From the NCBI RefSeq assembly GCF_037042905.1, contig NC_087251.1:27282001-27346000 (forward strand): DNA of 64,000 bases, in the 5' to 3' direction. Shown one piece after another: positions 1 through 13,179 of this stretch; positions within the stretch are counted from its first letter, which is position 1, and the number at the start of each line of letters is the position of its first letter. The stretch comes from Lytechinus pictus. Lineage: Eukaryota. The position numbers and the translations under genes were made by a program. The notes under the pieces were generated by a model, which was not told the DNA's origin, made no database searches, and worked only from the letters and a program-made list of their open reading frames with translations.

Positions 1-628
1 TCCCCTCTGGTAAAACAGATTATCTGCTTTGTTCTAGACATAAAATAAATTACAGAACGTTTCAAACTGCTAACAAACCCCTTGAAACTCACATCAACAT
101 GTATGTATTTTGTTGTTTTACTATGATATTAAGAAATCTTTTATTTTCTCAATGTATTGCATTTTGTTTTTATTAAAGAGATAAATGGATTTAAATTAAA
201 TACATTTGAACACACAAAAGTCATAATTTGGCATCAAATATTACAGTCTTATTCAAATTATGCCTCAATTTGGCTGATACTCCACACCTATGCAAGGAAA
301 TAACATGTATCAAAATATAACTAACAATCAAGCTATCCACTGCAACTGACTCCCAGACCCAGTACGTTACAGACATAAATTTTATGGATGTTAAAAAAAC
401 TTGTTCGCTTTATTCGAGATAAATCATCACTGGCCACTAACCACCACACAATATATGTTAACGTACAGATAAAATGACAAAGGAACAGTGCAAGTTTATA
501 AAGCTACAGGCCCTCAAAATGGTTGGGATAATTGCAACATTTCATTTTCCTAAGAATGGTCCTACAGATAAAGTCCAGAGAGCGCAGTTTTCTCCGGCAA
601 AGGGAAGAGTTACGCTGACTTGACATAC

Positions 629-680
629 CTAATAGAAGATTGAGTCTCTTGTCTCTTAACTCTGAAAGACTGCTGATAAC
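629..680 (-). CDS. ZNF106: ZNF106-like exon ending the coiled-coil; gene continues beyond the left edge (WD40 and C-terminal fingers expected there)
   Basis: VISSLSELRDKRLNLLL resembles recalled ZNF106 ITMEMSALRTHRIQILQGL; cctacag|...G|gtatgt, phase 0/1. Confidence 0.8.
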
Positions 681-845
681 CTGTAGGGGGAAAAAACATG
701 CAAAGTGTCATGACCCACAAACATGAAAGATTTCTGACATACAATACGTCTCTCAACTCTGAAAGACTGCTGATAACCTGTAGGGGGAAAAAAACATGCA
801 AAGTGTCATGACCCACAAACATGAAAGATTTCTGACATACAATAC
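651..845. repeat. Two-copy tandem duplication (97/98 bp) spanning a ZNF106 splice acceptor
   Basis: 651-747 and 748-845 are near-identical (gtctcttaactctgaaagactgc...gacatacaatac). Confidence 0.95.
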
Positions 846-1220
846 CATTAATGACCACCACTTTCTGAAAGAAGGATCTTTATGAATTTGATATTTCATG
901 TATTCATTGAAAGAAATTGAATTTCAGAAAGTAAAAACCCTGACAACAATGATTATCTTACCAGATTGGGGGATGGAAAATGATAAACTCTCATTGAAAA
1001 GATTATGTCCATTTATCTTCTTGAAAAGGGGTCTGGATGTCGGGGCATTGTGCTATAAGGGCTATTCCACGGTTACTCACGTTACATTTGGAGACACCTT
1101 GACTCATACTTGGAGCTGTAACTCCATTATTATTGATAGGAACTAAACATCTTTTTATCACAACATAGTACGCAGTCTGACTATCCTTTGTATAAAAACA
1201 AAACTTGGGAAATTTCATTA

Positions 1221-2080
1221 CTGTAGAAGCTGTTATTTTCGCGTACAGAATTTTTCGCGAATCGCGGGGGTCCCGACATTTTCGCGGGTTGTTAAATTCG
1301 CGATCGGAAGATGTAGAAAACATTTCCACAGCATTTAAAAGAAGTAAAACTAGTGCAAATCACGTGCAAATCTCTACTCTTTAAGGTAACCATGCTGATG
1401 TGTGTTTTGTACATAAATATGTCCCTGTAAAAACAGTTACAAACTGTGGAAAAAGGTGGCTTAAATTTCAATTTTTTTACCTTTAGATCTGAAAATTCAT
1501 CATGCCACAGTTTGATCTGCAATTTATAGGGTTAAGCAATCTTTAGAATTGTGTTTTGTTCTATTCATTTTTCAAAAAGTTGGTAAAAGTGCAAAAATGT
1601 GGAATTTTGTGAACAGAATCTTCACTTGTAAAAGCTCTGGTCATGTGACTTATGAATATTAATGAGTATGCAAATAGCTGCCATAACGTGTGTATAGAGT
1701 CAATCAGATGACAATAATATCAAATTATTTCATGGAAAATACATTTTAATATTACAGTGAGTGTATAGATATTGATAAAATAATGTTAAAAAATACTTTA
1801 GGCTATGATTTTGTTTGAGAAATTAAAAAAAGTGAAATTCTAGCTAACTTTTTGAATCACTAACTGTACTTTCTAAGCCTTATTTTTTGTACATATAGAG
1901 GTGCATATCTCCATTTTCTCACTACACAGTATGTTTTCAATAGCAAAGCTTTGCTGTTGGGGACATTGGCACTGACTAAGAAGTGTGTCAATATTTTCGC
2001 GTGTTGTTAAATTCGCGGCCGATCGGCAATTCGCGAAATCCGCGAAAATAAAACCCCCGCGAAAATTACAGCTTATACAG
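1221..2080. mobile_element. Tc1/mariner-type MITE
   Basis: TA|ctgtagaagctgttattttcgcg ... cgcgaaaattacagcttatacag|TA; TA target duplication; subterminal ttcgcg repeats. Confidence 0.75.
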
Positions 2081-2486
2081 TATGCTCCTGACAAATCTTT
2101 GAAATGTGTCGGTTACTCATGTTACATGATTTGGACATGCATAATATGAAAAGTGGACTTAAGTGAAAAGTGTCCTCATGCAAGGCTTTTATGAAAGTTG
2201 ATTATATCCATTTCAAAGAAGTATATTAGGGAGACAAATTTGTATATAATTAAAAAAATAAAGAACACATGGTTTTTACAAGGGGTGCAGATAAAGTGGT
2301 TACTCACGTTACGGTTCAGATGGGCTTTATGTACAAAGACACATTGAGCTCATGTCCAACAACCTATGGAATTGCCCATAAGTGAAACAACCGCCCTCCC
2401 CCTACCCCACCAACCAAATAATTCAGTTGCTTGCATTTATAAAAAAAAAAACACCAAACATCCCAACCATCGTGTTTCTACTTTAC

Positions 2487-2660
2487 CATTTCTTTTTCTT
2501 GCTTGAAACTCTTTAGCAAAGCCTCTTTCTCCTGGATGATGGTATACAACTTGTCTATCTTTGAATTGAGTTGATCCATCTTCAGTTGGAGATTTTGCTC
2601 CTGAATGGTGATGTCAAGCAGATTGTCCATGCATGTATCTCCTACCATGCCAGTGTCCAA
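2487..2660 (-). CDS. ZNF106: ZNF106-like coiled-coil exon
   Basis: LDTGMVGDTCMDNLLDITIQEQNLQLKMDQLNSKIDKLYTIIQEKEALLKSFKQEKEM; heptad pattern resembling the recalled ZNF106 coiled-coil (LLNISLREEEL...). tttctag|...ATG|gtaaag, phase 0/0. Confidence 0.85.
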
Positions 2661-3604
2661 CTAGAAAAACAACAGAAAATGAAGTGACCGGAATTCTAAT
2701 CAACATCAATCATGTCGCGTTGGTATGCCACCAAGTCTTGGCGGATCTGTGGGCCCCGTAACATAAGGCTAAGCAACTGATCGCGGGCAAAGTTTTACGA
2801 TTATACACAATAATCTTATGTTGTGGGAATGTAAGCTGTGTCACAGACAGTACGAGTGTTTTTATGCATATTATTATCTGTATAGTGTTTTAGCCATGCA
2901 TCAAAAATGTGCTCCTTGGTTTGCATCATTTGCCTGTGCAATACGACAGCATATTGAACAAAGTACCAACTTCTGACGAATATCCAATTGGCTACTTTAC
3001 AAAACTTGCTGTTCAATATAACACCGTATTGCAGTCAAGTGCGCATGCGCTGAAATACAACACGCATAATAATCAATTTAATATAATGTGCAACATAGAT
3101 TGCAGTGATACATGTACTTCATGAGTCAAAAAGAGCTACATGTTAGTTGCAGTTCAATGATCAAACTAATCTCATAAAGTGAGGCCATATTAACTGACTG
3201 TGATAGGTGACACAATTTGACAATTCACTTTTTTTTTTGGGGGGGATAGATAATTATATTAGATGGCTTTTTTTCATGGAATACCAGAAATATTCCACTT
3301 GTTAGGAAAAACATTGCACCAATTGACAATTAATGGAATATTTCTGGTATCCCATTTGGAGCCATCCCATATAATGAATATAAATTAATAATCAGCTTTA
3401 TGTCTTTTATAAAGATTTTTTCCTCCAAGTATGTATTACCTAATTTTGGGTTGTGTCTTTTTCCTTTATACATTGAAATGTTTCTTAATCTGTAAACTAA
3501 TGTTAGTTTTTAGACTTTTTGTTGACATTTTGTAATAAGATCAAATTGAATAGTTTCAAAATAAACAGTGCACTGCACCAATTAGCATGATATAAGTGTC
3601 ATAC

Positions 3605-3730
3605 CATTTTTCTCCTCTGCATGACTTTCTTCTTGATTTTGGTGGCTGTCAATATGGTTGGACTGTTGGTTCTTCTGTTGGCTTTTTCTGAGATAGTGGA
3701 CTGAACAGACTTCCTCCTTACGCTTGAAGT
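3605..3730 (-). CDS. ZNF106: ZNF106-like internal exon
   Basis: TSSVRRKSVQSTISEKANRRTNSPTILTATKIKKKVMQRRKM; 126 nt, phase 0/0, tgcag|...ATG|gtatga. The frame differs from track ORF 3582..3818. Confidence 0.8.
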
Positions 3731-4625
3731 CTGCATGAAATAGAACAGGATCATTCAAAGATTTATATAATCTTATTCTCAAAAATTTGGTCCTATCATC
3801 AGGGTTCTGTTCCAACAAGAACTTATGATTATTATAGTAATTTTTGCCACTATGTTAAACATCCATGAAATACTTCATGTTTAATTGTCATTGTCAAGGT
3901 AAACAAAAATGTAAGCTTTAAGGACCTCATAGCATAAAAGACTTACTATAAATATTAACTTTGCTATTATAGTAACTATAATGGTAACAAGACTCAGCAG
4001 CCAATCAAATAAAGGGCCATTGTGGTCCCCTCCCAACTTCTAGGTAGAAATAACGTAATCTAACATAATTTATAAAATAACCTATTTTTTTTTACTCTCA
4101 ATTTTTTCTTGATGGTTATTGCCAGAAGAACTTTTCCAATCACTTATATGAAATCAATTGATTTTGATCAGTAAAAGAATAATGTTACAGTGATAAATTC
4201 TGGCTAAAACTAAATTTGAATTGGGTTTGTACCTGAAATCATGCTATTGAAATTTTTTGAGTCTGACAGTGTATTTTGAGTTTTCAGTATGCTGATCCCC
4301 CCTCAAACAGTAGTATTTTTTTGTGCGAAACAAATTGTGTGTGCAAGCCACATCATGAAAGTGCGTAGTACAGTGCGCTATTGGTGCATTTTGACATATC
4401 ATGCATCATGAAGGACAATGAGTTACATCATACGTCACAATGCTGCCAATGAGAAGCGTGTTAGCTGTTGAAAGTGGTGATAAAGTAAATGACAGGTTAC
4501 TGAACACCACTGGTGATTGTTCTGTGATATCCATAAACAGTGGTAACTGTCCTTAAAAAAAGTTTGATTATTTTTTATTATCATCTTTTTTTACATTACT
4601 ACAGATTGTGTCTTTAACGTTTTAC

Positions 4626-4763
4626 CTTAGGTGTCTTTAACTTTGGTCTTTGTTTCTTTGTGAGTTCAATCTCAACTTTCTTTGACTTGGATTTCTTGGA
4701 CTTCTTTTTCTTCTCCTTCTTTTTCTTGTGACCTTTCTTCCCAGATGTTTCTACTGAGTCAAT
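4626..4763 (-). CDS. ZNF106: ZNF106-like Lys-rich exon (NLS/nucleolar-signal-like)
   Basis: IDSVETSGKKGHKKKKEKKKKSKKSKSKKVEIELTKKQRPKLKTPK; 138 nt, phase 0/0, aatag|...AAG|gtaaaa. Confidence 0.85.
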
Positions 4764-5613
4764 CTATTCATGATAAAAGTCAATAAAACAAAAACCTTAT
4801 TTAATACGGATTAAATATTTTGTGTGATATTGCGTTTCTGTCACTTTTATCTATATCATATTTTGAAGGTAAAAAGTATAAATCAAAGCAAAACAGATAT
4901 CACACACAAATGGGCAAAAGCAATAAGCATTTATACATATGTAACCTCCTTACTCACAAATTTGAGATAACCGAGTCATAAAAGTTTAAAATTATTCATA
5001 AATTCATTGTCAATTCAAATATCATTGCCAATAATATCAATTCTGCTAAAAACAAAAGCACACATGACAAAGAGTTCCAATGTTCCATCGACCAAATAAG
5101 TTGGTAAAACTCTTCTAAAGCATTACCGATAAATATATCAGATTTATATAGTGCCATAATTGAAAAGGCAAAAGAATTCAGGACCAAATACAGTCAAAAT
5201 CTATCTAATGTATTTGAGAAAAATAAAAGGTAAAGTGTGCATACGCATCACAGACAGAAAGTGATTGACAAGTGTTGAGCTTCATATCTCACTTTGATTT
5301 GCAAGCATGACATGAAAGGCGATAATTATTATGAAAGAGGAGTATATTTCAGGAATGATCACTTGATTATATGAATTTTCTGAGTTTATTGCAATTAATG
5401 GTATTATTTTTTGCAATTAACATACAGTGGTCCTCAAATGTTGGTGAACCCTACCACAAAATGCACTCCTGCACGCCGAGTGTTGAAAACAACACTACAA
5501 TGTTAGGCGAGCCCAGAGAAACAAACTTTGTTGAATGTAATATTTTATCATCTGACTTGAACACTTTAATATGTTCTTTTTGAGGCGGGGTTCACTAAGA
5601 GGAAAATACATAC

Positions 5614-6065
5614 TGGACTCACAGATGAAATGGCACTGGTAGACGTGACACTGGTGTCATGCCTCTCTGATGATCCTTCAGCATCTTGCGCTTCCTCTGG
5701 TCTTCTGCTCCCTGAACTATGGGGACTCTGTCCAGTGGAAAGTTCCTGAGACTGAACTAAATTGTTGGCCATGTCTGAAGAAGACTGTTCTGGTCTATCG
5801 GTTGATCCCTTACTACTTGTTCCTGGAAGACTCTGCTTTTCATGCAGCAACTGCTCAGACCCTAGAGTCTCGAGAGGTTCTACTTTTATTGCAGGAGTAT
5901 CAGAAGTGACAGCTTTCCCCTTATGCAACCTCTGCTGATTCATCAGAGGCAGTACCTCCTGGATGTCTCCAATCAGTGCATCTGCATTCTGCTCAGATTG
6001 CTCAAAGAGTGCAAGCGAGTCCCCTCCTACAACTTCTTGCAAACTTGATTCATTTGCTTCCATAC
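5614..6065 (-). CDS. ZNF106: ZNF106-like internal exon (S/E/Q-rich)
   Basis: Core of ORF 5566..6063. Acceptor ttcttcag (phase 1); two in-frame phase-0 donors after 5623 (gtgagt) and 5614 (gtatgt). Confidence 0.85.
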
Positions 6066-6794
6066 CTGAAGAAAATTAAGTGATAAATAAGAGCTAATGT
6101 CAAATGATATTAATGTATATCTGTACATCATTTAAGAAAATGAATTGTACATGAGAATGGCTATTTATATTCTGAAAGTATATTAACCTGATATTTCAAA
6201 TGGTGTCTGACAAAACGCTGCTTTAAGAGGATCAACATTGAGAAGCAGGGCAACACATCCTAGAGATAGTAGGAATAGGAAAGTGCAAGGAAAAGACAGT
6301 AAGAAAATGCGAAAATATATGTGCATGATAAGTCAGGAGAAAATTTAGGACTGGGCATGTGCAGAAAGATCTTTATTTTTTAAACTTCTCTTGTATCTTT
6401 GAAAGCTTGCAAGAGCTTAATGATTTACTCCACCGACTCACACATGGTAAAGCACTGATTATTAATGGAAAACATGAGGTACCAAAATTTTAGGTGCCAA
6501 AATTTCCACCAGAAGTTTTTGGATGTTCTGCAAATTATGCTGTTTTAAACAATTTGATTTATTTTATATTGTGGCAAGAAAAATATCAAAATGCCCCAAC
6601 TGGGACAGGTGCCAATTTAAGCTTTGAAACGTTTATAACATGACTGTTCATCACGGTGTCAGTATGGTCAGATCAGATCATGTTGTTGATAAAAGTTGGA
6701 GTGGATAAGCAAACTTTTGAGCTTACTTTTCTAGTGCGTTCTAGTGATAAATTTGACTTCACTAAAATTCAATGACCCCTAGTTGACTCTTTAC

Positions 6795-6946
6795 CTGTAA
6801 GCTGAGACAAAATATCCTCTTCATCGGCATCTTCGCTCTGGATCAGGTCAAGCAGCTCCTGTTGAAATTCAGTACTGAGGTTCATGATGTCTAGATCATC
6901 GATAGGATCTTCAGACCGACTTGGTGATGATGTCAAATGACTGAAC
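6795..6946 (-). CDS. ZNF106: ZNF106-like internal exon (acidic)
   Basis: FSHLTSSPSRSEDPIDDLDIMNLSTEFQQELLDLIQSEDADEEDILSQLT; 152 nt, phase 2/1, ctttag|...|gtaaag. Confidence 0.85.
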
Positions 6947-7635
6947 CTAAAGAGATGGGCATAGACTTATTTACAGTGCTGGATGTCTTTAAGACATTTC
7001 TTGAGACAGTGATTGTGTGCCTTGGATGCTAATATCTTGGACTCAGTCGCTGCTTTGAAGGGGAATGTTTTGTGCCTCAGGGGCAGAGATATCGGCAAGA
7101 CAATGAAGACGAGTTCACCATAGACTAGTAAATGTTACTGCCTTATTTCAATTTGTCTGTATTAGATGTCTTGAAACATCTGTTGGTCTCAATACATGTG
7201 AGGGAAGCATCTTGATCCTAAGAAAGAAGTACTAGTATTAATATTTAAAAAAGGAATCCTGAAAAACCAAGAAAACACTAACAGAAAATGTCAAAGTTTG
7301 ACGTTTTTGATTACATGGGGTGGGTTGACAATAAAGTATGAAAGCATTGTCAACAGGCCAAAATATCCACAGGCCATATTTAATGGGAATCAGCAATTGG
7401 GGCCCCAAGATATGGCTGCATAAATACCTACTTAGTCCCACTGAATTTGGTGTGAATTGGCTTAAAACTGATTTCAATGGGGCCATCATAAACTGAATAA
7501 TTTCAAATTGTGTGTGGAGTGTTGCCATCTTGTGCCCCTGAAATTATGATCATGAAAGTGCTGATATGCAACCTCTCTTCCTGTTGGAACCATAATATCC
7601 AACCCAAGAATGTAATGTCATGTTTTTAGATTTAC

Positions 7636-7742
7636 CTCTTAAATCTGTCAGGAGCTTTCTTCGCTTTGGCTAGTAACATATGTATTTTCTTCTGTTGCCA
7701 GACTGGCTTTGCCACATCACTAAGCAGTCCTTGTATTTTCTC
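7636..7742 (-). CDS. ZNF106: ZNF106-like internal exon
   Basis: EKIQGLLSDVAKPVWQQKKIHMLLAKAKKAPDRFK; 107 nt, phase 0/2, aacag|...|gtaaat. Confidence 0.85.
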
Positions 7743-8157
7743 CTGTTAACATTAAATGCAAATGTATGATTTCAACGAGACTCACTTCAGCTTTGGCGTT
7801 CAACGTTTCAGTTGTTCACATGAAATAATGTCAAGTCAAAAATGGGAATCAATTATGATTATATTCTGAAAGCCATGATTAAGAACAGATAGAGATTTGT
7901 GGACTGAATTTTCAATGATTCTTTAAATGCAGAGATAGAAATGCATCTATTCATAAGCTTTTACATTGTGGATGCAGATATATTTAAAGATAATGACAAT
8001 GCTTACAAATATCTAACAGTTCTTCATTACTTGTATAACATGAGAATAAATTTATCTTTGTTTAGTGTCTCTTTTCTTCCTTTTCTGTGTAGAGGGTTTG
8101 GGGTGTTTACATAAATTTGTGATCATCTAAAAAAAAAGAGAATAAGAATGAAAATAC

Positions 8158-10486
8158 CTTGAATGCCTGCCCATCATTAGTTTGTTCAGCATCTTTCGTC
8201 CTTAGTCTGCTCCTGGCTTTGGCAACATTTGGCCGTGGGTTCACTTTCTGCCCAACAGCTGAAAGTAATGACTGATTTCCTGTGTTCTGGTCAATGTTCA
8301 GGACAGGAACTGAGGATGAGCTGGAAATGGATGGCACATCAATGCTGGCAGTTTCAGTCATAGTGCCTCTAACTTGTTCCTTGAGCACCAAGTCCCTGTC
8401 CGTTGTGACGGTTAAGGAACTTGGGGAAGTATCATGGTCATGCACGTTTGATTCTGAAATGTCCATGTCACTCATCACAAATTCTTTGTGTTTTGATTTT
8501 TTGTTCTTAGTAGAGGAACTTGGTCTATTGTCCTGCCCACTTCCACCTCTGTTTGAACTGTCCCTACAACTTGATATCTTAGGGGCAACTTTGTTACACT
8601 TGTCAGTTACACCACTCCTACTTGAAACCTGTTCCTTACTTTTCCCAGTTGAGGAAATCAGATTCGTGTTTTCAATACTTGGATTTCTGGTTAAATTTTC
8701 CATGTGACTTTGAGTGTTGCCATCATTTAGCATTTTCCCAATTTTCTTGTTTCTTGAGTCCTTGAATTGTGCTTTCCTATCTGTTTTCCCTTGTGAGGGA
8801 CTAATATCTTGGCCAACTTTGCCACTTGTTGAACTTTCCTTGCAATTTGGGATCTTTGAGGAAACTCCTTTTTCTTCTGAAGATGCCGCAATGTTTGAAT
8901 GACATGGCATATCTTCAAATCTAATATGCTTATTTACAGGTTTCTTGAAATGTGATACTCTTGCTACTGATGATGAAACCATTTGTGTTTGGCAAGTCAT
9001 TCCAGAGGTTGAAGACTTGCCATACTTTTCAGAAGCTACTGCTTTCTTAGATGACGTGACCATCTCATCACTGGAAACAAAACGTTTTCCATTAAGAGCA
9101 TCTCTTAAATTTCTTTCAAATCTTTCTGTCTCAGAATCAGCTTTCTGGGGTGTTCTTTCATTGTCATTGTCTTTACATGAACTGGAATATTTAGAAGTTT
9201 TTGCGCTATCTTTCATTGGTGACTGTCGAGAAACAACTGAGCTCTGATGCAACAACATCTTTGACTTATTTTTCTTCTCCACCTTTCCTACATCACGTTT
9301 CTGAGAATTCCCAGTGCTTCCTTGCATATCATGAAACTTCTTTTGGAGGGATGGCTTATTCTTCTTTTTAATCTTAGGAGATTTAGAGGTTGTATGACCT
9401 TTAACAACCTTGACATTAGGTACAGAAAGTGTGTTTGAGTGGACTTGATTCCCGCGAGCATGTTGGCCAGATTGCTTGTTCAGGGTACTGCTATGGGTAG
9501 GTACTTCTCGAGATGCAACAGAATGCTGCATTTGCTTTTTAGTATTCTCCAATACTTTTGCAGTATCTTCTTTTAAATTGGCATTATTTTCCTTCCTCTT
9601 CTGTTTGTCAGCATTTGCATGTAACTTTGGATTCTTTTTCTTCTTTACAGTTTGAGCTGATATGGGAATCTTCCGTTTTGGATTGAATGCAGGTCTATTT
9701 CCACTTTGTAACCTGGCGTTTTCGGTCCCACGAGGTGCAGATGTGGGTGTCATTGGTCTGTTGTTTCCACGATCAAACCTCGAATTTGTAACCCCCGGGG
9801 GTGCAGACGTGGGTGTCGTTGGTTTGTTGTTTCCACGATCAAACCTCAAATTTGTAACCTCAGGGGGTGCAGACATGGGTGTCGTTGGTTTGTTTCCCCG
9901 TTCAAATCTTGAATTTTCAATGCCAGGGGGTGTCGATGTGGGTGCAGTCGGTCTGTTGTTTCCATGTTCAAACCTAGGGGGTGCAGATGTGGGTGCATTT
10001 GGTCTATTACTTCCATGTTCAAATCCAGAATTCTGAACCCAAGGGGGTACCATCGAGGGTGCAGTTGGTCTGTTGTTTCCATGTTCAAACCGGTCATTTT
10101 CAACACAGGGGGGTTCGAACCTGTTGTTTCCAACCCAAGGGGGTTCCAACCTGGGGTATGGACCAAACCTTGGCGGGTGATGAAAATTTGGATTTCCGTA
10201 CCTCGGCCGTTGATTACATCTAAAGCGCTCAATGTTTGGCGGACCAAACCTGGTGTGTTCATACCTTGGCTGTTCAAATCTTTGTTGTGGAAACCTGAAA
10301 GGTGGGTGCCATGGGAATGAATTGTGAGTCTGCTGCTGTGTAGATGGTTCTTGATAACCAACATTACTTGAGGAAGTTTCATGAAATGTATTTGATCCCC
10401 TTCTCTGTGGATACACTGGCATTGGAAAGGTCTGGTTAGGGTCTGTCTGCCTTTGGTCCACCTGGCTTTCTGATTTCTTAGAAACA
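8158..10486 (-). CDS. ZNF106: ZNF106-like large low-complexity exon (2329 nt)
   Basis: Core of the 784-aa ORF 8107..10461. Acceptor tgtacag at 10487 (phase 2, matches the upstream exon); donor AAG|gtattt (phase 0). Confidence 0.9.
9690..10150 (-). repeat. Coding minisatellite, about 60-nt unit, inside the ZNF106 large exon
   Basis: About 6-7 degenerate units encoding RF(E/D)(H/R)GNN(R/K)PT(A/T)PTSAPPG. Confidence 0.9.
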
Positions 10487-11726
10487 CTGTACAGACAAAG
10501 AAAAAAAAATGAAAACTGTAATCGTCAACTACCTATTGGCAAAGAATATAGAGCGATTCTTTGAAAAGTGAACCCTTTTGCCCAAATATAAAGTTTAAGC
10601 TTCTTGATTTTCAGCTGCATACAAATACAGCAATGTCTGAAGTTGCATGAAATGCATTTTTTCATGATTTTTGCAATTTTTCAAGCTCATTTGCGTGAAT
10701 TAATATATATGATAATGAAATGTGAAAATTATACAAAAAATAACATAAATTTGACCCCACCTGGATTGTAAATGCTGGTTTCTCAACTTTCATTGATGTT
10801 ATAATGTCAAGATATGACTGTATTCCTCTTCAATGATTTAAATGGAAAATAAATGTGAAAATTTTTTTGTATGAAGATAATTAACAAAGGAAATTAATTA
10901 CCTTCAGACGTCACACATGTGACCCCCAGAACACAAAAAGTTTATGCCCCCTCTAAACCAAGGCTCTGGTATTAGCACTGCATTGTACATTTTTTCTCCA
11001 AAACAACATCTAGTGTGCCTTGCATCTTACCAAATATGAATCCATAAGTGTTAATTAAAGATAAATAATTAGATTAGAAAATGGTCACACATGTGACCAA
11101 CTAGTCACATGTGTGACATTTTCCGGTCACTTGTGTGACTAACAATGCTTTTGCCTGAAAACAAAATATGATAATGCAGGAATATATAGACTTGACTCTT
11201 TAGCCCTCCCTTGCTTATAAATGCTTTGTTTGATTAATTTTTATTGAGCAAGAATCACAAAAATTAATCAACAAACATTTAAGATTTTTAATTTCCAAGA
11301 TAATTTTGATTGTTTCAGTCCCTTTTCCATGAAACTATGATTATGGAGTTTTGTCAAGTGGATGAATGAAATTTCTGGTCACTAGGTCTGTAGGTCATGG
11401 TTAAAAGGGCATCTGAGTGCCAATAAAGTGGAATCAACTGACAAAGGTTTTAATTCCAAAGTTATAGATAAACCCTGGTACCCGTACTGGTAACAAAAAC
11501 AAAATAAAATGTTCCCAAAATTGAACAAAACTTACATGGACTTTTGAGAAACATAAATGATATCTGCCAAACAATTTTTTAAAATGAAAATGTATAATCA
11601 CAGAGTAATGAGCTTTATAAAGATTAAAAAAATATTGAAAAATGCCCATCCGTTTATGGTGTGTTCCTAGTGCTGTCTTGGTTTATATTTGAAAATTGTA
11701 TTATATGTTACGAAGTCAACACTGCT

Positions 11727-12180
11727 GCAATGATGATGATGCACAGCATTTGTATAGCGCCATATATCTGTAAAAGACATTCAAAGTCGCATTTTTGGAG
11801 GAGCCAGCCAATCTGGGTGGCTAAGAAGGGCGCGCACACAGAACTGTGACCCGCAGGTCTCTTCTCCTGATTTAACCATGATAAATGGTTAGGGGAATGC
11901 AGGTGGACCACCACACCGGGGTTTCCCCCAACTCTTATTCAAATAGTGCAGTGGGTTCTTAACATGCAAAGGTGGTGACTCTCCTCTACACGGAGTCTCC
12001 ATTTAACATCCTATCTGAGGGACGGAGTTTTTTTCCACTGTAACATAGCCTGCATCTATGAAACAGGGGAGAGTCGTTTAAACACAAGGCACTGGCTTCA
12101 GTCATCCGCCCAGTGTGGACTCAAACCCACGATCTTTGGTTTGACGGGCAGACACTTAACCGATTGAGCCAACTTCGCTC
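11727..12180 (-). mobile_element. tRNA-derived SINE
   Basis: Minus-strand head with A box (tggctcaatcgg) and B-box-like ggtttgagtcc; short (cat)n tail. Confidence 0.7.
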
Positions 12181-12551
12181 AATTGAATATATTCAATATA
12201 TTCGCAATATTGAACTGTGTGATGCAGCTGACTTTTCAAGATTATAAAGTGGGGAAGAATGTGCCATTTAAAATACCGGAAAATATGGTATATATTAAAA
12301 GTTCAAGGCGCTGGTAGTAAAACTCCCCAAAAGTACAACTCTCAACGCAGCTGATCTTTGAAGAAATAGTGTTGGGTTAAGATGTCCTTTAATAGTGAGA
12401 TATATTCCAGGAGATTTCATGATGGAATCACATCCAGCATGATGATCAACGCAAGTTGACCATGGGGAAGTCATCCTGCAAACCCATTGCATATTGGAAC
12501 TGAGTGATCCCTGTAAAAAGTCTACGGAAATAACAGAATACAGTAACAGGT

Positions 12552-13143
12552 TAGAAGAAGTACAACAGGCTGAAAAAATTAATTGAACAGATAGAGTTAA
12601 ATCAGAAAAACAAAACACTGAAAGTTTCATCAAAATCATGAGGTATGAGAAAGTCTACAGTAATTTTTCCATTATTTCAGAGAAATGGTTATATGCATAT
12701 CTTCATGAGTTACAAGAGCGAGCTAATGTTATCGCCCTACTTATTCCGTTGTATTAAATCACAGGTATTGAAACCATATTGATTTATTTTCATCCTCCAA
12801 CAATGTAAAAAGAGGATTGACTTCTGATTTAATATGTACTGTACGATCATCAGTGTTGAAAATTATTTTGTAACACAGGAGACAAGTTCTACACATACAC
12901 GTATGTGTGGAAACACGATATAATACAGATTTCATGTAATAACATGAGAAGAAGTGAGAGGACAAGACCTCACCAGCTCACTTATTGCATATATTCATGA
13001 TGGCATGCATTCAACTGTTTTCTAAATATATATTGTAACTATACAATTCAACATATTTTCTTAAATCAGTTTGATGAAAATTTCAGCTTTTTAAATTTTT
13101 CTTTATTATTCAGTTGTTATTTTCAGCTTGAAGTACCCCTTAA
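12552..13143. mobile_element. Degenerate Kolobok-like MITE
   Basis: Shares motifs with the 54386-54979 family (ttgatgaaaatttcag, tttcatcaaaatc); right end cccc-ttaa. Confidence 0.45.
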
Positions 13144-13179
13144 AGTGAGACTTGAGTGTTTGAGAAGCAGCCTACTGAC

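Noticed and set aside
20..33. Possible terminal exon (EQSR*) after a tctag acceptor
   Set aside because: It would truncate ZNF106 before the expected WD40 region; support is only a chance-level acceptor.
2478..2486. Apparent stop codon ending the gene (EMVK*)
   Set aside because: GTAAAG is a donor, and the coiled-coil similarity continues in exon 629-680.
3582..3818. 78-aa track ORF overlapping a ZNF106 exon
   Set aside because: Wrong frame: the flanking exons need phase 0/0, and this frame hits a stop in the next exon.
6947..7217. Good-looking upstream acceptor at 7218
   Set aside because: All three frames stop before the 6946 exon; at most a poison extension, with no evidence.
8282..10487. 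Several plus-strand and alternative-frame ORFs of 60-213 aa
   Set aside because: Shadows of the repetitive ZNF106 large exon; no independent splice or homology support.
10905..11145. Spaced short palindromic repeats gtcacacatgtgac (and ggttactcacgttac x3 at 1071-2312), superficially CRISPR-like
   Set aside because: Irregular spacing, eukaryotic intron and no cas genes; most likely internal motifs of old DNA transposons.
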